Positions 16,622-26,088 of a DNA stretch of 32,000 bases are shown here, piece by piece; the first letter of the stretch is position 1; every line of letters begins with the position of its first letter. The translations under genes and the position numbers were made by a program. The stretch comes from Parasporobacterium sp. (GTDB lineage Bacteria; Bacillota; Clostridia; Lachnospirales; Lachnospiraceae). The notes beneath the pieces were generated by a model. The model was not told the DNA's origin. It was given only the letters and a program-made list of their open reading frames with translations, and did not search any database. The DNA is taken from the NCBI GenBank assembly GCA_017510065.1, contig JAFWOB010000115.1:1-32000 (forward strand), in the 5' to 3' direction.

Positions 16622-17962
16622 TTGGATTACTGCATGGATATTTTTGAATATGCCCATCAGAACAGAATAAAACAGGAAGCTCCATTGGCATCCAGGATGA
16701 GGCCTGCAACCCTGGACGAGTTCATGGGGCAAAAGCATATTCTATCGGAAGGCAGCCATCTGTATCGTTCTATCAAAGCGGACAGACTGTCGTCTGTTAT
16801 TTTTTATGGACCAAGCGGTACCGGAAAGACGACACTTGCCAGAGTGATCGCTAACCAGACCTCTGCAGATTTCCGGCAGATCAATGCAACAGTTGCCGGG
16901 AAAAAGGACATGGTCGAGATCGTGGAACAGGCCAAGATCACCAGGGCAGGATTCGGACGCAAGACGATTCTGTTCATTGACGAGATCCACCGCTTCAATA
17001 AGGCGCAGCAGGATTATCTGCTTCCCTTTGTGGAAGACGGGACCGTGACCCTGATCGGTGCCACCACAGAGAATCCTTATTTTGAAGTGAACGGGGCGCT
17101 GATCTCCCGGTCTACGATCTATGAGTTGAAACCACTGGAAAAAGAAGATATCCGTGCCATTATTCTCAAGGCTGTCTACGACAAAGAAAAAGGCATGGGT
17201 ATGTATCATGCGGTGATCGATGACGAGGCAGCGGATTTTCTGGCGGATTTTTCCGGCGGTGATGCCAGGACAGCGCTGAACGCCGTTGAACTGGCAGTCC
17301 TTACGACGCCTCCGGAACCTGAGCAGCAACAGATCCATATTACGACGCAGGTGATCGCGGAATGTATCCAGCGCAAAAACCTCAGATATGACAAGGACGG
17401 AGACAATCATTATGATACGATTTCCGCCTTTATCAAGAGCATGCGGGGATCCGATCCGGATGCGGCGGTGTATTACCTGGCCAAGATGCTCTATGCAGGA
17501 GAGGATGTGAACTTTATCGCCCGCCGGATCATGATCTGTGCCGCGGAGGATGTGGGATGCGCCGATCCGAGAGCCCTGCAGGTAGCGGTGGCTGCCCAAC
17601 AGGCTGTACATCTTCTGGGGATGCCGGAAGCCAGGATCCCTCTGGCGGAAGCGGTGATCTATGTGGCAGGAGCTCCGAAGAGCAATTCTGCTGTCATGGC
17701 GATCGATAAGGCTATGGCACTGGTGGAGCAGACAGACATCCGGGAAGTGCCTTCCCATCTGCGTGACGGACATTATCCGGGTGCATCCAAACTGGGACGG
17801 GGCCTGGATTACAAATATGCCCATGATTTCCCGGAACACTATGTAAAGCAGCAGTATCTTCCGGACGAACTGGAAGGTACGAAGATCTACGAGCCCGGAA
17901 CCCTGGGGTATGAAAAGAACATGAAGGACAGGCTGGACCGCCTGAAAAACAGGAATGAGTAA
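16622..17962 (+). CDS. rarA: Replication-associated recombination protein A (RarA/MgsA AAA+ ATPase)
   Basis: It has Walker A YGPSGTGKTTLARVIA and Walker [17 protein letters not shown]. The MgsA C-terminal region is present (YDTISAFIKSMRGSDPDAAVYY...ARRIMICAAEDVG). The start may be ATG 16622 or 16634; neither has a clear SD. Confidence 0.93.
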   Translation: MDYCMDIFEYAHQNRIKQEAPLASRMRPATLDEFMGQKHILSEGSHLYRSIKADRLSSVIFYGPSGTGKTTLARVIANQTSADFRQINATVAGKKDMVEIVEQAKITRAGFGRKTILFIDEIHRFNKAQQDYLLPFVEDGTVTLIGATTENPYFEVNGALISRSTIYELKPLEKEDIRAIILKAVYDKEKGMGMYHAVIDDEAADFLADFSGGDARTALNAVELAVLTTPPEPEQQQIHITTQVIAECIQRKNLRYDKDGDNHYDTISAFIKSMRGSDPDAAVYYLAKMLYAGEDVNFIARRIMICAAEDVGCADPRALQVAVAAQQAVHLLGMPEARIPLAEAVIYVAGAPKSNSAVMAIDKAMALVEQTDIREVPSHLRDGHYPGASKLGRGLDYKYAHDFPEHYVKQQYLPDELEGTKIYEPGTLGYEKNMKDRLDRLKNRNE

Positions 17963-20900
17963 TCTTTTGTATGATGCGCTCATGCTGGGACGCAACAAGA
18001 AGGTAGCAAATGAAGAATACCAGGTTGCTTCCGGCAGAAAAGAGCAGGCATCATTCCATGTGGAAGAAGAATACGTTACGATCTCCAACGTCATCTCGGA
18101 TGGCGAATTTTCTGTACATCTGCGCCAGGATGTGGCCGGTTACATGGAGATCGAAGTCTTCTGTGACGATCCTTTCCTGATCTTCGACCGGAAAGTCCTG
18201 ACGACAGACGAATTCACCAACGGGGTCTTTGAGTTCAAATTCATGGTGATCTCTGACCGGCTGCATAACGGAAGGAACTATACTTCCATTCAGTTCCGCA
18301 CTTCCTGTCAGAATCTGGTTCTTCCCGTGGTGGTTGACAACAAGATCCGGATCGGTCTTACAGGAGACAGCCCCAGGGAACGGTATCTGCGTATTGCGAA
18401 GGAACTGATTTCTCTGAAAATGGGGAAGACAGAGAAGTGGCAATGGATCGAATCCTCCCAGGAACTGCTGAACGAGATTCCGGGAGAAGATGAAGCGTCT
18501 TTATTTCTGATGCTCCTTAAGGCACAGGTTTACATAACAGCCGGAGACGATATTCATGCCAGGAATTATATCGAGCATGTAGGTACCCAGATTCCCAAAC
18601 TGGAAGAGAAAAATTACGATATTTACTGCTATTTTATCTATCTGGCCAGCCTTTATGAAGAAGTGGATGGCGTTCTGAACTTTGCCGAAGCTGACCTTCC
18701 GGTCCCGGACAGTATGCCCCGCGGAAACCGGCAGCAGGGGAGAAGCTCGTCTCCTTCCAATATTATGGATATGTCGGCTCTGCAGAAAGTGAGATGGGTC
18801 TATTCCCACAATCCCAGCTGGTGGATCCTGTTCCTCCTGTTCTATATGGATCCGGGCTACGGGAACGATCCTGTCAGGCGTCTTGAAGAGATGAGGGAGA
18901 TGTTTTATGACCTCGGATGCATAAGCCCTCTTATGTATCTGGAATCCCTGAAGATCCTGTCGGAACTTGCGAAAACTATGACGGAAGCAGGGCCGTTTGA
19001 GATCCAGCTGCTTCATTTTGCTGTAAGGAACGACTGCCTGAACAAAGAACTGGCGGTGCGCGCAGCTTCGCTGGTCTGCAAAGAGGAAGGTGCTGCATTA
19101 TCCCTGTCCGATGTCAGACTGGCTGTCGGGATCTTTCGATATGCCTATGACCGGTTCGGCTCAGGCGAGATCCTGGAAGCACTTTGCCGGATGCTGATCC
19201 GGGCCGAACAAAGGGATGTATCCTGCCACCGGTATTTCGAGCAGGCCGTACAGGAAGGAAGTACGGATGAAGAAATCCTGAATTACTATATCTATACCAT
19301 CGATCAGACACAGATGGAGAGGATGGACAGCCGGGCAGTGAAGTACTTTCTGGAGCATACAGAGCTTCTGTATGAATACCAGGCCTATATCTATGCCAAT
19401 ATCATCACTAACCGGTATTACGATCCGGGGATCTATGAAGAAGCCAGAGCTGCTGTCCTGCGGTTTGCAGAGTACCGTATGATCCAGGGGCATAATGACG
19501 CGCTTATGGCTGTCATTTACAGAGATATCCTGGACAGCGGCCAGGTGTCTCAGGTGATGAAGGAGCATCTTTTTGAGGTGGTCTGCACAAAGGAGGTGCT
19601 CTGTGACAATGACCGTATGAGCGCTGTTCTGGTGTTTCATGATGAACTGCAGGTATATCAGGAGAGTCTGCTCAGGAAGGGAAAAGCATGCATCAGGATT
19701 TATTCTTCGGATGCGGTGATTCTCTTTAAGGATGTCACCGGAAATCTTTATTACAATGTTCCCTATAAAGTCGACCGGCTGCTGGAGACCAGGGAATACA
19801 TAGACCAGTGTATCAGGGATGTCAGGATCAGTCCCTATATGCTGCTGAAGGAAACATTTCCGATCCTGAGAGCCTATAAACCCCCGTTGGAGATCCTGCA
19901 GTATTTTACTTCAAACCAGATGGCCGGACAGTTCCGAAAAGGCTATGAACAGGAACTTCTGACCAGGATCATTTCCTATTATGTCAAGAATTCCAGGGAT
20001 GAGAAGGTCTATGATGAACTTCCTAAACTCATCCGCTTTGATCTGTCTCCGGATACCAGAGGACAGCTGATCCGGATCATGTTGGAACGCGATCTGATGG
20101 AAGAAGCTTATGAACAGGTGCGTGAGTACGGCCCCTGTGGACTTTCCCCAGCAGATCTGGCGAGGCTGGCGCATGGCTATATCGCTCTTAACGGGCTGGA
20201 TGAAGAGCCGCTTCTGACCTATCTGTGCGAAAGCGGATTCAATGCCGGAGGTTTTGACGAAGATATTTTCGAATATCTTTACCGGCATTATAACGGACGA
20301 ATGGATCTTCTGATCGAAATCTACCGTTCCTGCAATGCCTATCACAAAGAGGCGGCCGCCATAGAGGAGAGGATCCTGTGTAAAGCCGTATCCACAGGGG
20401 AGCATCCTGAGATCGTTTCCCAGATATTTAAACGCTTCTATGAAGAAGGCGGCAGCAGAAAGGTCCTCAGCAGGTATCTGGAATACCGTGCAGGTCTTTA
20501 TCTGTACCGTCTCATGACACAGGATACATCGCAGCAGGAAGAAAAAGACCTGGAGTTTTTCGATTACCTGGAAAAGGATCTGATGAAAGGGATTTCTTTC
20601 GGAGACGACTCTCTGGCAGCATATCTGCTGTACCGGACAGAGCTGGAAGATCCTGATGAAAGGCAGATCCGTACCATGGAACGGGTTCTTAAGGATCTGG
20701 TACGAAGAGGAAAAATGCTGGAGGAATTCAAGTACTACCAGAAATTTTTTGAGTTGCCTTCCACCCTCGCAAATAATATAATCATATCTGCGTTTTCAGA
20801 GGACGGCAGGGAAGTTCCCCATATCGCCTACAAAGTGACGGGTCCGGGACCCGCTGTTTCAGGTGAGGAAGAAATGGAGGAGATCTTCCGCCGCTGCTAT

Positions 20901-21125
20901 GTCAAATACTTCACGCTTTTCTATGGGGAAAAGGTGGTGTTTTCCATGGGAGGACAGGAAAATACCGAAGTAAGATATGCGGATCTGTCGATCCGAAGGG
21001 ATGGATCCATGTACGCGCAGTTAGATGACCTGATCAGGATGAAGAGCCAGGGCAATACGGAAGGCTTCCTGCAGGCGGCACGGGAATACTATTTGAAGCA
21101 GAAACTGATCGAGAGATTGTTGTAA
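17955..21125 (+). CDS. 1056-aa cytoplasmic protein of unknown function (beta-rich N- and C-terminal modules flanking a long alpha-helical repeat region)
   Basis: The reading frame is uninterrupted for 3.2 kb. Its ATG overlaps the rarA stop by 8 nt (ATGAGTAA). I saw no signal peptide, TM segment or catalytic motif. I recall similar ~1000-aa Lachnospiraceae proteins annotated only as a DUF (possibly DUF5717), but this is unverified. Confidence 0.85.
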   Translation: MSNLLYDALMLGRNKKVANEEYQVASGRKEQASFHVEEEYVTISNVISDGEFSVHLRQDVAGYMEIEVFCDDPFLIFDRKVLTTDEFTNGVFEFKFMVISDRLHNGRNYTSIQFRTSCQNLVLPVVVDNKIRIGLTGDSPRERYLRIAKELISLKMGKTEKWQWIESSQELLNEIPGEDEASLFLMLLKAQVYITAGDDIHARNYIEHVGTQIPKLEEKNYDIYCYFIYLASLYEEVDGVLNFAEADLPVPDSMPRGNRQQGRSSSPSNIMDMSALQKVRWVYSHNPSWWILFLLFYMDPGYGNDPVRRLEEMREMFYDLGCISPLMYLESLKILSELAKTMTEAGPFEIQLLHFAVRNDCLNKELAVRAASLVCKEEGAALSLSDVRLAVGIFRYAYDRFGSGEILEALCRMLIRAEQRDVSCHRYFEQAVQEGSTDEEILNYYIYTIDQTQMERMDSRAVKYFLEHTELLYEYQAYIYANIITNRYYDPGIYEEARAAVLRFAEYRMIQGHNDALMAVIYRDILDSGQVSQVMKEHLFEVVCTKEVLCDNDRMSAVLVFHDELQVYQESLLRKGKACIRIYSSDAVILFKDVTGNLYYNVPYKVDRLLETREYIDQCIRDVRISPYMLLKETFPILRAYKPPLEILQYFTSNQMAGQFRKGYEQELLTRIISYYVKNSRDEKVYDELPKLIRFDLSPDTRGQLIRIMLERDLMEEAYEQVREYGPCGLSPADLARLAHGYIALNGLDEEPLLTYLCESGFNAGGFDEDIFEYLYRHYNGRMDLLIEIYRSCNAYHKEAAAIEERILCKAVSTGEHPEIVSQIFKRFYEEGGSRKVLSRYLEYRAGLYLYRLMTQDTSQQEEKDLEFFDYLEKDLMKGISFGDDSLAAYLLYRTELEDPDERQIRTMERVLKDLVRRGKMLEEFKYYQKFFELPSTLANNIIISAFSEDGREVPHIAYKVTGPGPAVSGEEEMEEIFRRCYVKYFTLFYGEKVVFSMGGQENTEVRYADLSIRRDGSMYAQLDDLIRMKSQGNTEGFLQAAREYYLKQKLIERLL

Positions 21126-22400
21126 ATGGCAGGAAGAGGATTAACGATCGGCATTGATTATACAGACCAGTACTGTCAGGCCTGCTATTACAGCGAGCGG
21201 CATGGAAGGCCTGAGTCGGTTTCCGGAGGTACGGATGTTCTCAGATATCTGATACCTTCCGTTTTATGCCTTGATCAGAACAATTTCGAGTGGGTCATCG
21301 GCAATGCGGCCCTGAGGATCGAAGAACAGGAAAGAGTCCTTACTTTCCGGGATCTTCTGAAGCATGCCAGGGAAAACGACACGGTCTTTACGGGAGAACG
21401 GGAGTATACTTATGTACAGCTTCTGGCAGCCTTTTTCGGACAGCTGCTGGAGTTTATCCGGATCCGGACTTCCGTGATGACGGTAGAGAGCATTACCGTT
21501 ACCATGAAACAGACCGACCGTCTGACTAAGGATATCCTGGAACAGGCCTTTGGCATTCTTCAGATCCCGGCATCCTGCATAAAGCTTTTGAGTGCCAGCG
21601 AAAGTTTCGGTTATTACATCCTCAATGAGGATCCCGGGCTGTGGCAGGACGGGGCACTGGTGTTTGATTTCAGCTCGGAAGGGTTCTTTGTGAAGCAGCT
21701 CCATGTGCAGTTTCACAAAGATCAGCCGGTCATCTGTGTTAATGACTATGATTTTTCCGCTGATTTTTCCGTCGACAGTCTGGCCAGTGAAGTGCTTCGA
21801 AACCAGATGGATCTTAAGATTTCCAATCTGTATCTGGACCTGATCTCCAAAGGGGAGAATGCAAGTGTCTATTTTACGGGGGAAGGATTTGATGAACAGT
21901 GGTTTCTGGCGACCCTGAACAGTATTTCGGGAAACCGCAGAGCTTTTAAGGGAAACAATATCTATGTAAAGGGTGCCTGTATTGCGGGACATTTACGAAG
22001 TGAAGGGATCGTGCAGGGATTTCCGATCATCTGCAGGGGCAGGACCAGAGCCGATATATACCTGCAGGCATGGGACAATGGAAAGCTTTCTGACATCCTT
22101 CTTTCCCCGGCTGCTACAGACTGGTATGATGCCGGCTATGAAGGCGATTTTATCCTGGAGGAGGAAGAAAAGGTTCTTTTCAGGATCGTCTCCATTATGA
22201 CAGGCGCAGTCGCCAGTGTGGAACTGGATCTTTCAGCTTTTCCGAAACGGCCTTCCAAGGCGACCAGGATCAGGATCCGGATCTGTTATTCGGGAGAGTA
22301 CGATTGTGAGATTTCGATACAAGACAAAGGATTCGGGGATTTTTTCCCGGATTCAGGAGCACGAGTTTCCAGAAGGATCAATCTGGAAGGATATATTTAA
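21126..22400 (+). CDS. Divergent Hsp70/actin-fold (ASKHA-like) protein with degenerate nucleotide-binding loops
   Basis: Its ATG directly abuts the upstream TAA. Four segments are collinear with Hsp70 NBD motifs:
- LTIGIDYTDQYCQA
- SITVTMKQTDRLTKDILEQAFGILQIPASCIKLLSASESFGYYIL
- ALVFDFSSEGFFV
- SVYFTGEGF
The Gly-rich loops are replaced. Confidence 0.8.
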   Translation: MAGRGLTIGIDYTDQYCQACYYSERHGRPESVSGGTDVLRYLIPSVLCLDQNNFEWVIGNAALRIEEQERVLTFRDLLKHARENDTVFTGEREYTYVQLLAAFFGQLLEFIRIRTSVMTVESITVTMKQTDRLTKDILEQAFGILQIPASCIKLLSASESFGYYILNEDPGLWQDGALVFDFSSEGFFVKQLHVQFHKDQPVICVNDYDFSADFSVDSLASEVLRNQMDLKISNLYLDLISKGENASVYFTGEGFDEQWFLATLNSISGNRRAFKGNNIYVKGACIAGHLRSEGIVQGFPIICRGRTRADIYLQAWDNGKLSDILLSPAATDWYDAGYEGDFILEEEEKVLFRIVSIMTGAVASVELDLSAFPKRPSKATRIRIRICYSGEYDCEISIQDKGFGDFFPDSGARVSRRINLEGYI

Positions 22401-22403
22401 CAC

Positions 22404-23201
22404 ATGCTGACCGCAACAAAACAGGCAGAAACCGGATATTGGATCGAAGCCCTGAAGAAAAATGTGTATTCCCTGGAGGAGATCAACTATTATCTCTATC
22501 ATCACATGGAACTGGTCTACAGGGATTTCTTCAGTGATGCTCTGTTCGAGTACATCGAAAAGGAGCTGGAGCAGCCTGCCATCGCCCAGGATCTGAGAGA
22601 GATTTCCCTGAAAGGCGGTGGGATCGGCGACTTTGTCAGATATCTGCTGAGCGAATCCTATTACTTTAACAGCCGGGAACTGGCACAGATCTCGGCCCTT
22701 GTATCCGGGATCGATGACATGGGACAGGCAGAACGGATGAAAGTGCAGGGGGATTCTCTGTATCAGTCAGGCCGTTTGAATTCTGCCCTCAGGTGCTATC
22801 TGGAGATCCTGAGGAAACGGGAATCGGAACCTGTCAGCGATTCTTTTTATGCCAGAGTTGCGTATTCGATCGGTACGATCTATGCGAGGCAGTTTATGTG
22901 CAGGAGTGCCAATACCTATTTTTCCCTTGCCTACGAACTGTCACCGGATCCTGCCTATGCCAGAGCCTGCCTGTATATGAGCCTTCTGGCAGGGGATGAC
23001 GAAGAACTGCTTTCTTCCATCGTGAAATACAAGATCAGTGATGACTATCTGGATGCCGTACGGCAGAGGATCAGGGCAACCCGGAACGAAACGGAATCTT
23101 CCGAAGAAACACAGCTCTTTTTCCGTAATCTGGAAGAAGAAACGTTCGCCCGGGACATGCTGGAACAATGGAAGAATGAATATTATACTATTTTGAAGTA
23201 A
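22404..23201 (+). CDS. TPR-like helical protein, unknown function
   Basis: It starts 3 nt after the upstream stop. The central region has TPR-like helix pairs (MKVQGDSLYQSGRLNSALRCYLEIL; YARVAYSIGTIYARQFMCRSANTYFSLAYELSPD). Confidence 0.8.
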   Translation: MLTATKQAETGYWIEALKKNVYSLEEINYYLYHHMELVYRDFFSDALFEYIEKELEQPAIAQDLREISLKGGGIGDFVRYLLSESYYFNSRELAQISALVSGIDDMGQAERMKVQGDSLYQSGRLNSALRCYLEILRKRESEPVSDSFYARVAYSIGTIYARQFMCRSANTYFSLAYELSPDPAYARACLYMSLLAGDDEELLSSIVKYKISDDYLDAVRQRIRATRNETESSEETQLFFRNLEEETFARDMLEQWKNEYYTILK

Positions 23202-23213
23202 AAGAGGAACACA

Positions 23214-25874
23214 ATGAAGGAATTAGCAAAAACCTACAATCCGAAAGAAATCGAACAGAGTATCTATGATAACTGGCTGAAGCAGAAGTATTTTCATGCT
23301 TCCTGTGATGAGAGCAAAAAGCCGTTTACCATCGTCATGCCGCCTCCGAATATTACAGGGCAGCTCCATATGGGCCATGCCCTGAACAATACGCTACAGG
23401 ATATTGTGATCCGGCAGAAGAGGATGCAGGGGTATGATGCCCTGTGGCAGCCGGGGTGCGACCATGCCTCTATTGCAACTGAAGTCAAGATCATCGAAGC
23501 GTTGAAAAAGGAAGGCATTGACAAGCGTGACCTGGGCAGAGAGAAGTTTCTGGAAAGAGCCTGGCAGTGGAAGGAAGAGTATGGCGGACGGATCGTCAAC
23601 CAGCTGAAAAAGCTCGGTTCTTCTGCCGACTGGGACAGAGAGCGCTTCACAATGGATGAAGGACTTTCGGATGCTGTCCTGCAAGTGTTCGTAAAAATGT
23701 ATGAGAAAGGCCTGATCTATAAAGGGACCAAGATCATCAACTGGTGTCCGAAATGTCTGACAACGGTCTCGGATGCGGAAGTGGAGCATAAGGATACGCC
23801 GGGTCATTTCTGGCATATCAATTATCCGATCAAGGGGGAAGACCGCTGCATCGAGATCGCGACAACGCGTCCCGAGACCATGCTGGGTGATACGGCAGTG
23901 GTAGTGCATCCGGATGACGAGAGGTATCAGGACCTGATCGGCAAGACTGCGATCCTGCCGATCGTAAACCGGGAACTGCCGATCATCGCCGACACCTATA
24001 TTGATCTGGAAGTCGGAACAGGAGCCATGAAGGTTACTCCGGCACATGATCCCAATGACTTCGAACTGGGCAAACGTTACCAGCTGGAAGAGATCTGCGT
24101 CTTTACAGACGATGGACATATCAATGAAAACGGCGGGAAATACGAAGGCATGACGACTCTGGAATGCCGGGAGGCGATCGTCAAAGAACTGGAGGAAATG
24201 GGGCTTTTAGTGAAGGTAAAAGCCTATGAGCACAGTGTGGGCCATCATGACCGCTGCGGCTGTATCATTGAACCCATGATCAAACAGCAGTGGTTCGTGA
24301 AAATGGACGAACTGATCAAGCCGGCGATCAAAGCGGTGGACGAGGGAGAAATCCGTCTGATCCCCGCCCGTATGAATAAGCTTTATCATAACTGGACGGA
24401 CAACATCAGAGACTGGTGTATTTCCAGACAGCTGTGGTGGGGACATAGGATCCCGGCATACTACTGTGACAGCTGCGGTCATATGACGGTGGCACGGGAA
24501 TGTCCGGATGTCTGTCCGGAATGCGGCGGTACTTCTTTCCAGCAGGATGAGGACTGCCTGGACACCTGGTTTTCCTCGGCCCTGTGGCCGTTCAGTACTT
24601 TGGGATGGCCGGAGCAGACACCGGAACTGAAGCATTTTTATCCGACCAATCTCCTGATCACCGGTTATGATATCATCTTCTTCTGGGTGATCCGGATGAT
24701 CTTCTCCGGGTATGAGCATATGGGAGAGAAGCCTTTTGACGCCGTTTTGTTTACCGGTCTGGTCAGGGACGAACTGGGACGGAAGATGAGCAAATCCCTC
24801 GGTAACGGCATTGATCCCCTGGAGGTGATCGATAAATATGGCGCTGATGCTCTCCGGTTTACACTGGTCACCGGCAATTCTCCCGGAAATGACATGCGCT
24901 TCTCCTGGGACCGCGTGGAAGCGAACCGGAACTTTGCCAATAAGATCTGGAATGCATCCCGGTTCATCCTGATGAATCTGCCGGAAGAAGGGGTGAAGAC
25001 ACCAAAGGAAGAAAGCCTGCATGATGCAGATAAATGGATCCTGTCAAGGGCCAACAAACTGACCCGTGTTGTGACCGAGAACATGGATAAATATGAGATC
25101 GGTATGGCAGCAGACAGACTGTATGAATTTATCTGGGATGAACTGTGCGACTGGTATATCGAAATGGTGAAACCGAGACTGTACGGTGAAGACGAAGAAA
25201 GCAAACATGCGGCGTTATATACCCTGCGTACAGTGCTGATGACTTCCCTGAAACTCCTGCATCCGTATATGCCGTTTGTCACGGAAGCGATCTACGGTTC
25301 CCTGCAGCCGCTGGCAGCAGACCTTTATCCGGAGGAGTCCATCATGATCTCCGCCTGGCCGGTATATGATGAGACCATGGATTATGAGGAAGCGGAAAGA
25401 AGGACACAGATGATCATGGAGGCGGTAAGAGGTATCCGGAATGTTCGTTCCGGCATGAATGTTCCGCTTTCACGCAAGTCAAAAGTCTATGTCGTATCGG
25501 AGTCTGAAGAGATCCGGGAGATCTTCGAGCACGGACATGTGTTCTTTGCAACCCTGGGAAAAGCCAGTGAGGTTATGATCCAAAAAAATACAGAGGGAAT
25601 TGCAAAAGATGCCTTGTCAGTTCAGCTGGCGGGTGCTACTATATACATTCCTCTGGAGGATCTGGTGGACATCGATAAGGAAATCGAGCGTCTGGAGAAG
25701 GAAAAGATACGGCTTGAAGGCGAGCTGAAGCGTGTTGACGGCATGCTCTCCAATGAGAGATTCCTTTCCAAGGCTCCTGAAAGCAAGATCCGTGAAGAGC
25801 AGGAAAAGAAAGAGAAATATGCAGGCATGATGGCCCAGGTGGAAAGCCAGTTGGCATCCCTCAGAAGATCATAA
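23214..25874 (+). CDS. valS: Valine--tRNA ligase
   Basis: It has a class I HIGH motif (PNITGQLHMGHA), KMSKS (RKMSKSLGN), an editing-domain insertion and a C-terminal coiled coil. RBS AAGAGGA lies upstream. The gap to the upstream gene is only 12 nt. Confidence 0.97.
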   Translation: MKELAKTYNPKEIEQSIYDNWLKQKYFHASCDESKKPFTIVMPPPNITGQLHMGHALNNTLQDIVIRQKRMQGYDALWQPGCDHASIATEVKIIEALKKEGIDKRDLGREKFLERAWQWKEEYGGRIVNQLKKLGSSADWDRERFTMDEGLSDAVLQVFVKMYEKGLIYKGTKIINWCPKCLTTVSDAEVEHKDTPGHFWHINYPIKGEDRCIEIATTRPETMLGDTAVVVHPDDERYQDLIGKTAILPIVNRELPIIADTYIDLEVGTGAMKVTPAHDPNDFELGKRYQLEEICVFTDDGHINENGGKYEGMTTLECREAIVKELEEMGLLVKVKAYEHSVGHHDRCGCIIEPMIKQQWFVKMDELIKPAIKAVDEGEIRLIPARMNKLYHNWTDNIRDWCISRQLWWGHRIPAYYCDSCGHMTVARECPDVCPECGGTSFQQDEDCLDTWFSSALWPFSTLGWPEQTPELKHFYPTNLLITGYDIIFFWVIRMIFSGYEHMGEKPFDAVLFTGLVRDELGRKMSKSLGNGIDPLEVIDKYGADALRFTLVTGNSPGNDMRFSWDRVEANRNFANKIWNASRFILMNLPEEGVKTPKEESLHDADKWILSRANKLTRVVTENMDKYEIGMAADRLYEFIWDELCDWYIEMVKPRLYGEDEESKHAALYTLRTVLMTSLKLLHPYMPFVTEAIYGSLQPLAADLYPEESIMISAWPVYDETMDYEEAERRTQMIMEAVRGIRNVRSGMNVPLSRKSKVYVVSESEEIREIFEHGHVFFATLGKASEVMIQKNTEGIAKDALSVQLAGATIYIPLEDLVDIDKEIERLEKEKIRLEGELKRVDGMLSNERFLSKAPESKIREEQEKKEKYAGMMAQVESQLASLRRS

Positions 25875-25937
25875 TACCTTCAGACTGCCTGCAGCAGATA
25901 TGAGAGAAGAGATTATAAAGAAGATGAGAGGATAAAC

Positions 25938-26087
25938 ATGATTAATTTTGACGAAGCGATCAAACAGTTTCATCCGAGCCTGGAGATCAATGAAGTGGAA
26001 CAGGCTGTAAAAAAAGAAAACGCAGTGGAAGATATCACGGACATTATGTTGGAAATCATGAATCAGACATCCAAGAAGGGCAAATAG
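25938..26087 (+). CDS. 49-aa hypothetical protein (not in the ORF track)
   Basis: Hand translation gives MINFDEAIKQFHPSLEINEVEQAVKKENAVEDITDIMLEIMNQTSKKGK*. GAGAGGA lies 6 nt upstream. Its stop is 1 nt before the next ATG. Confidence 0.5.
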   Translation: MINFDEAIKQFHPSLEINEVEQAVKKENAVEDITDIMLEIMNQTSKKGK

Positions 26088-26088
26088 G

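Noticed and set aside
16742-18094. 450-aa ORF on the minus strand.
   Set aside because: It is antisense to rarA, whose Walker A/B and MgsA C-terminal motifs are unambiguous. It is a long shadow ORF caused by codon bias.
23202-23213. A T-box leader was expected upstream of valS.
   Set aside because: Only 12 nt separate valS from the upstream stop, so there is no space for a specifier loop, T-box or terminator. The absence is reported as a finding instead.
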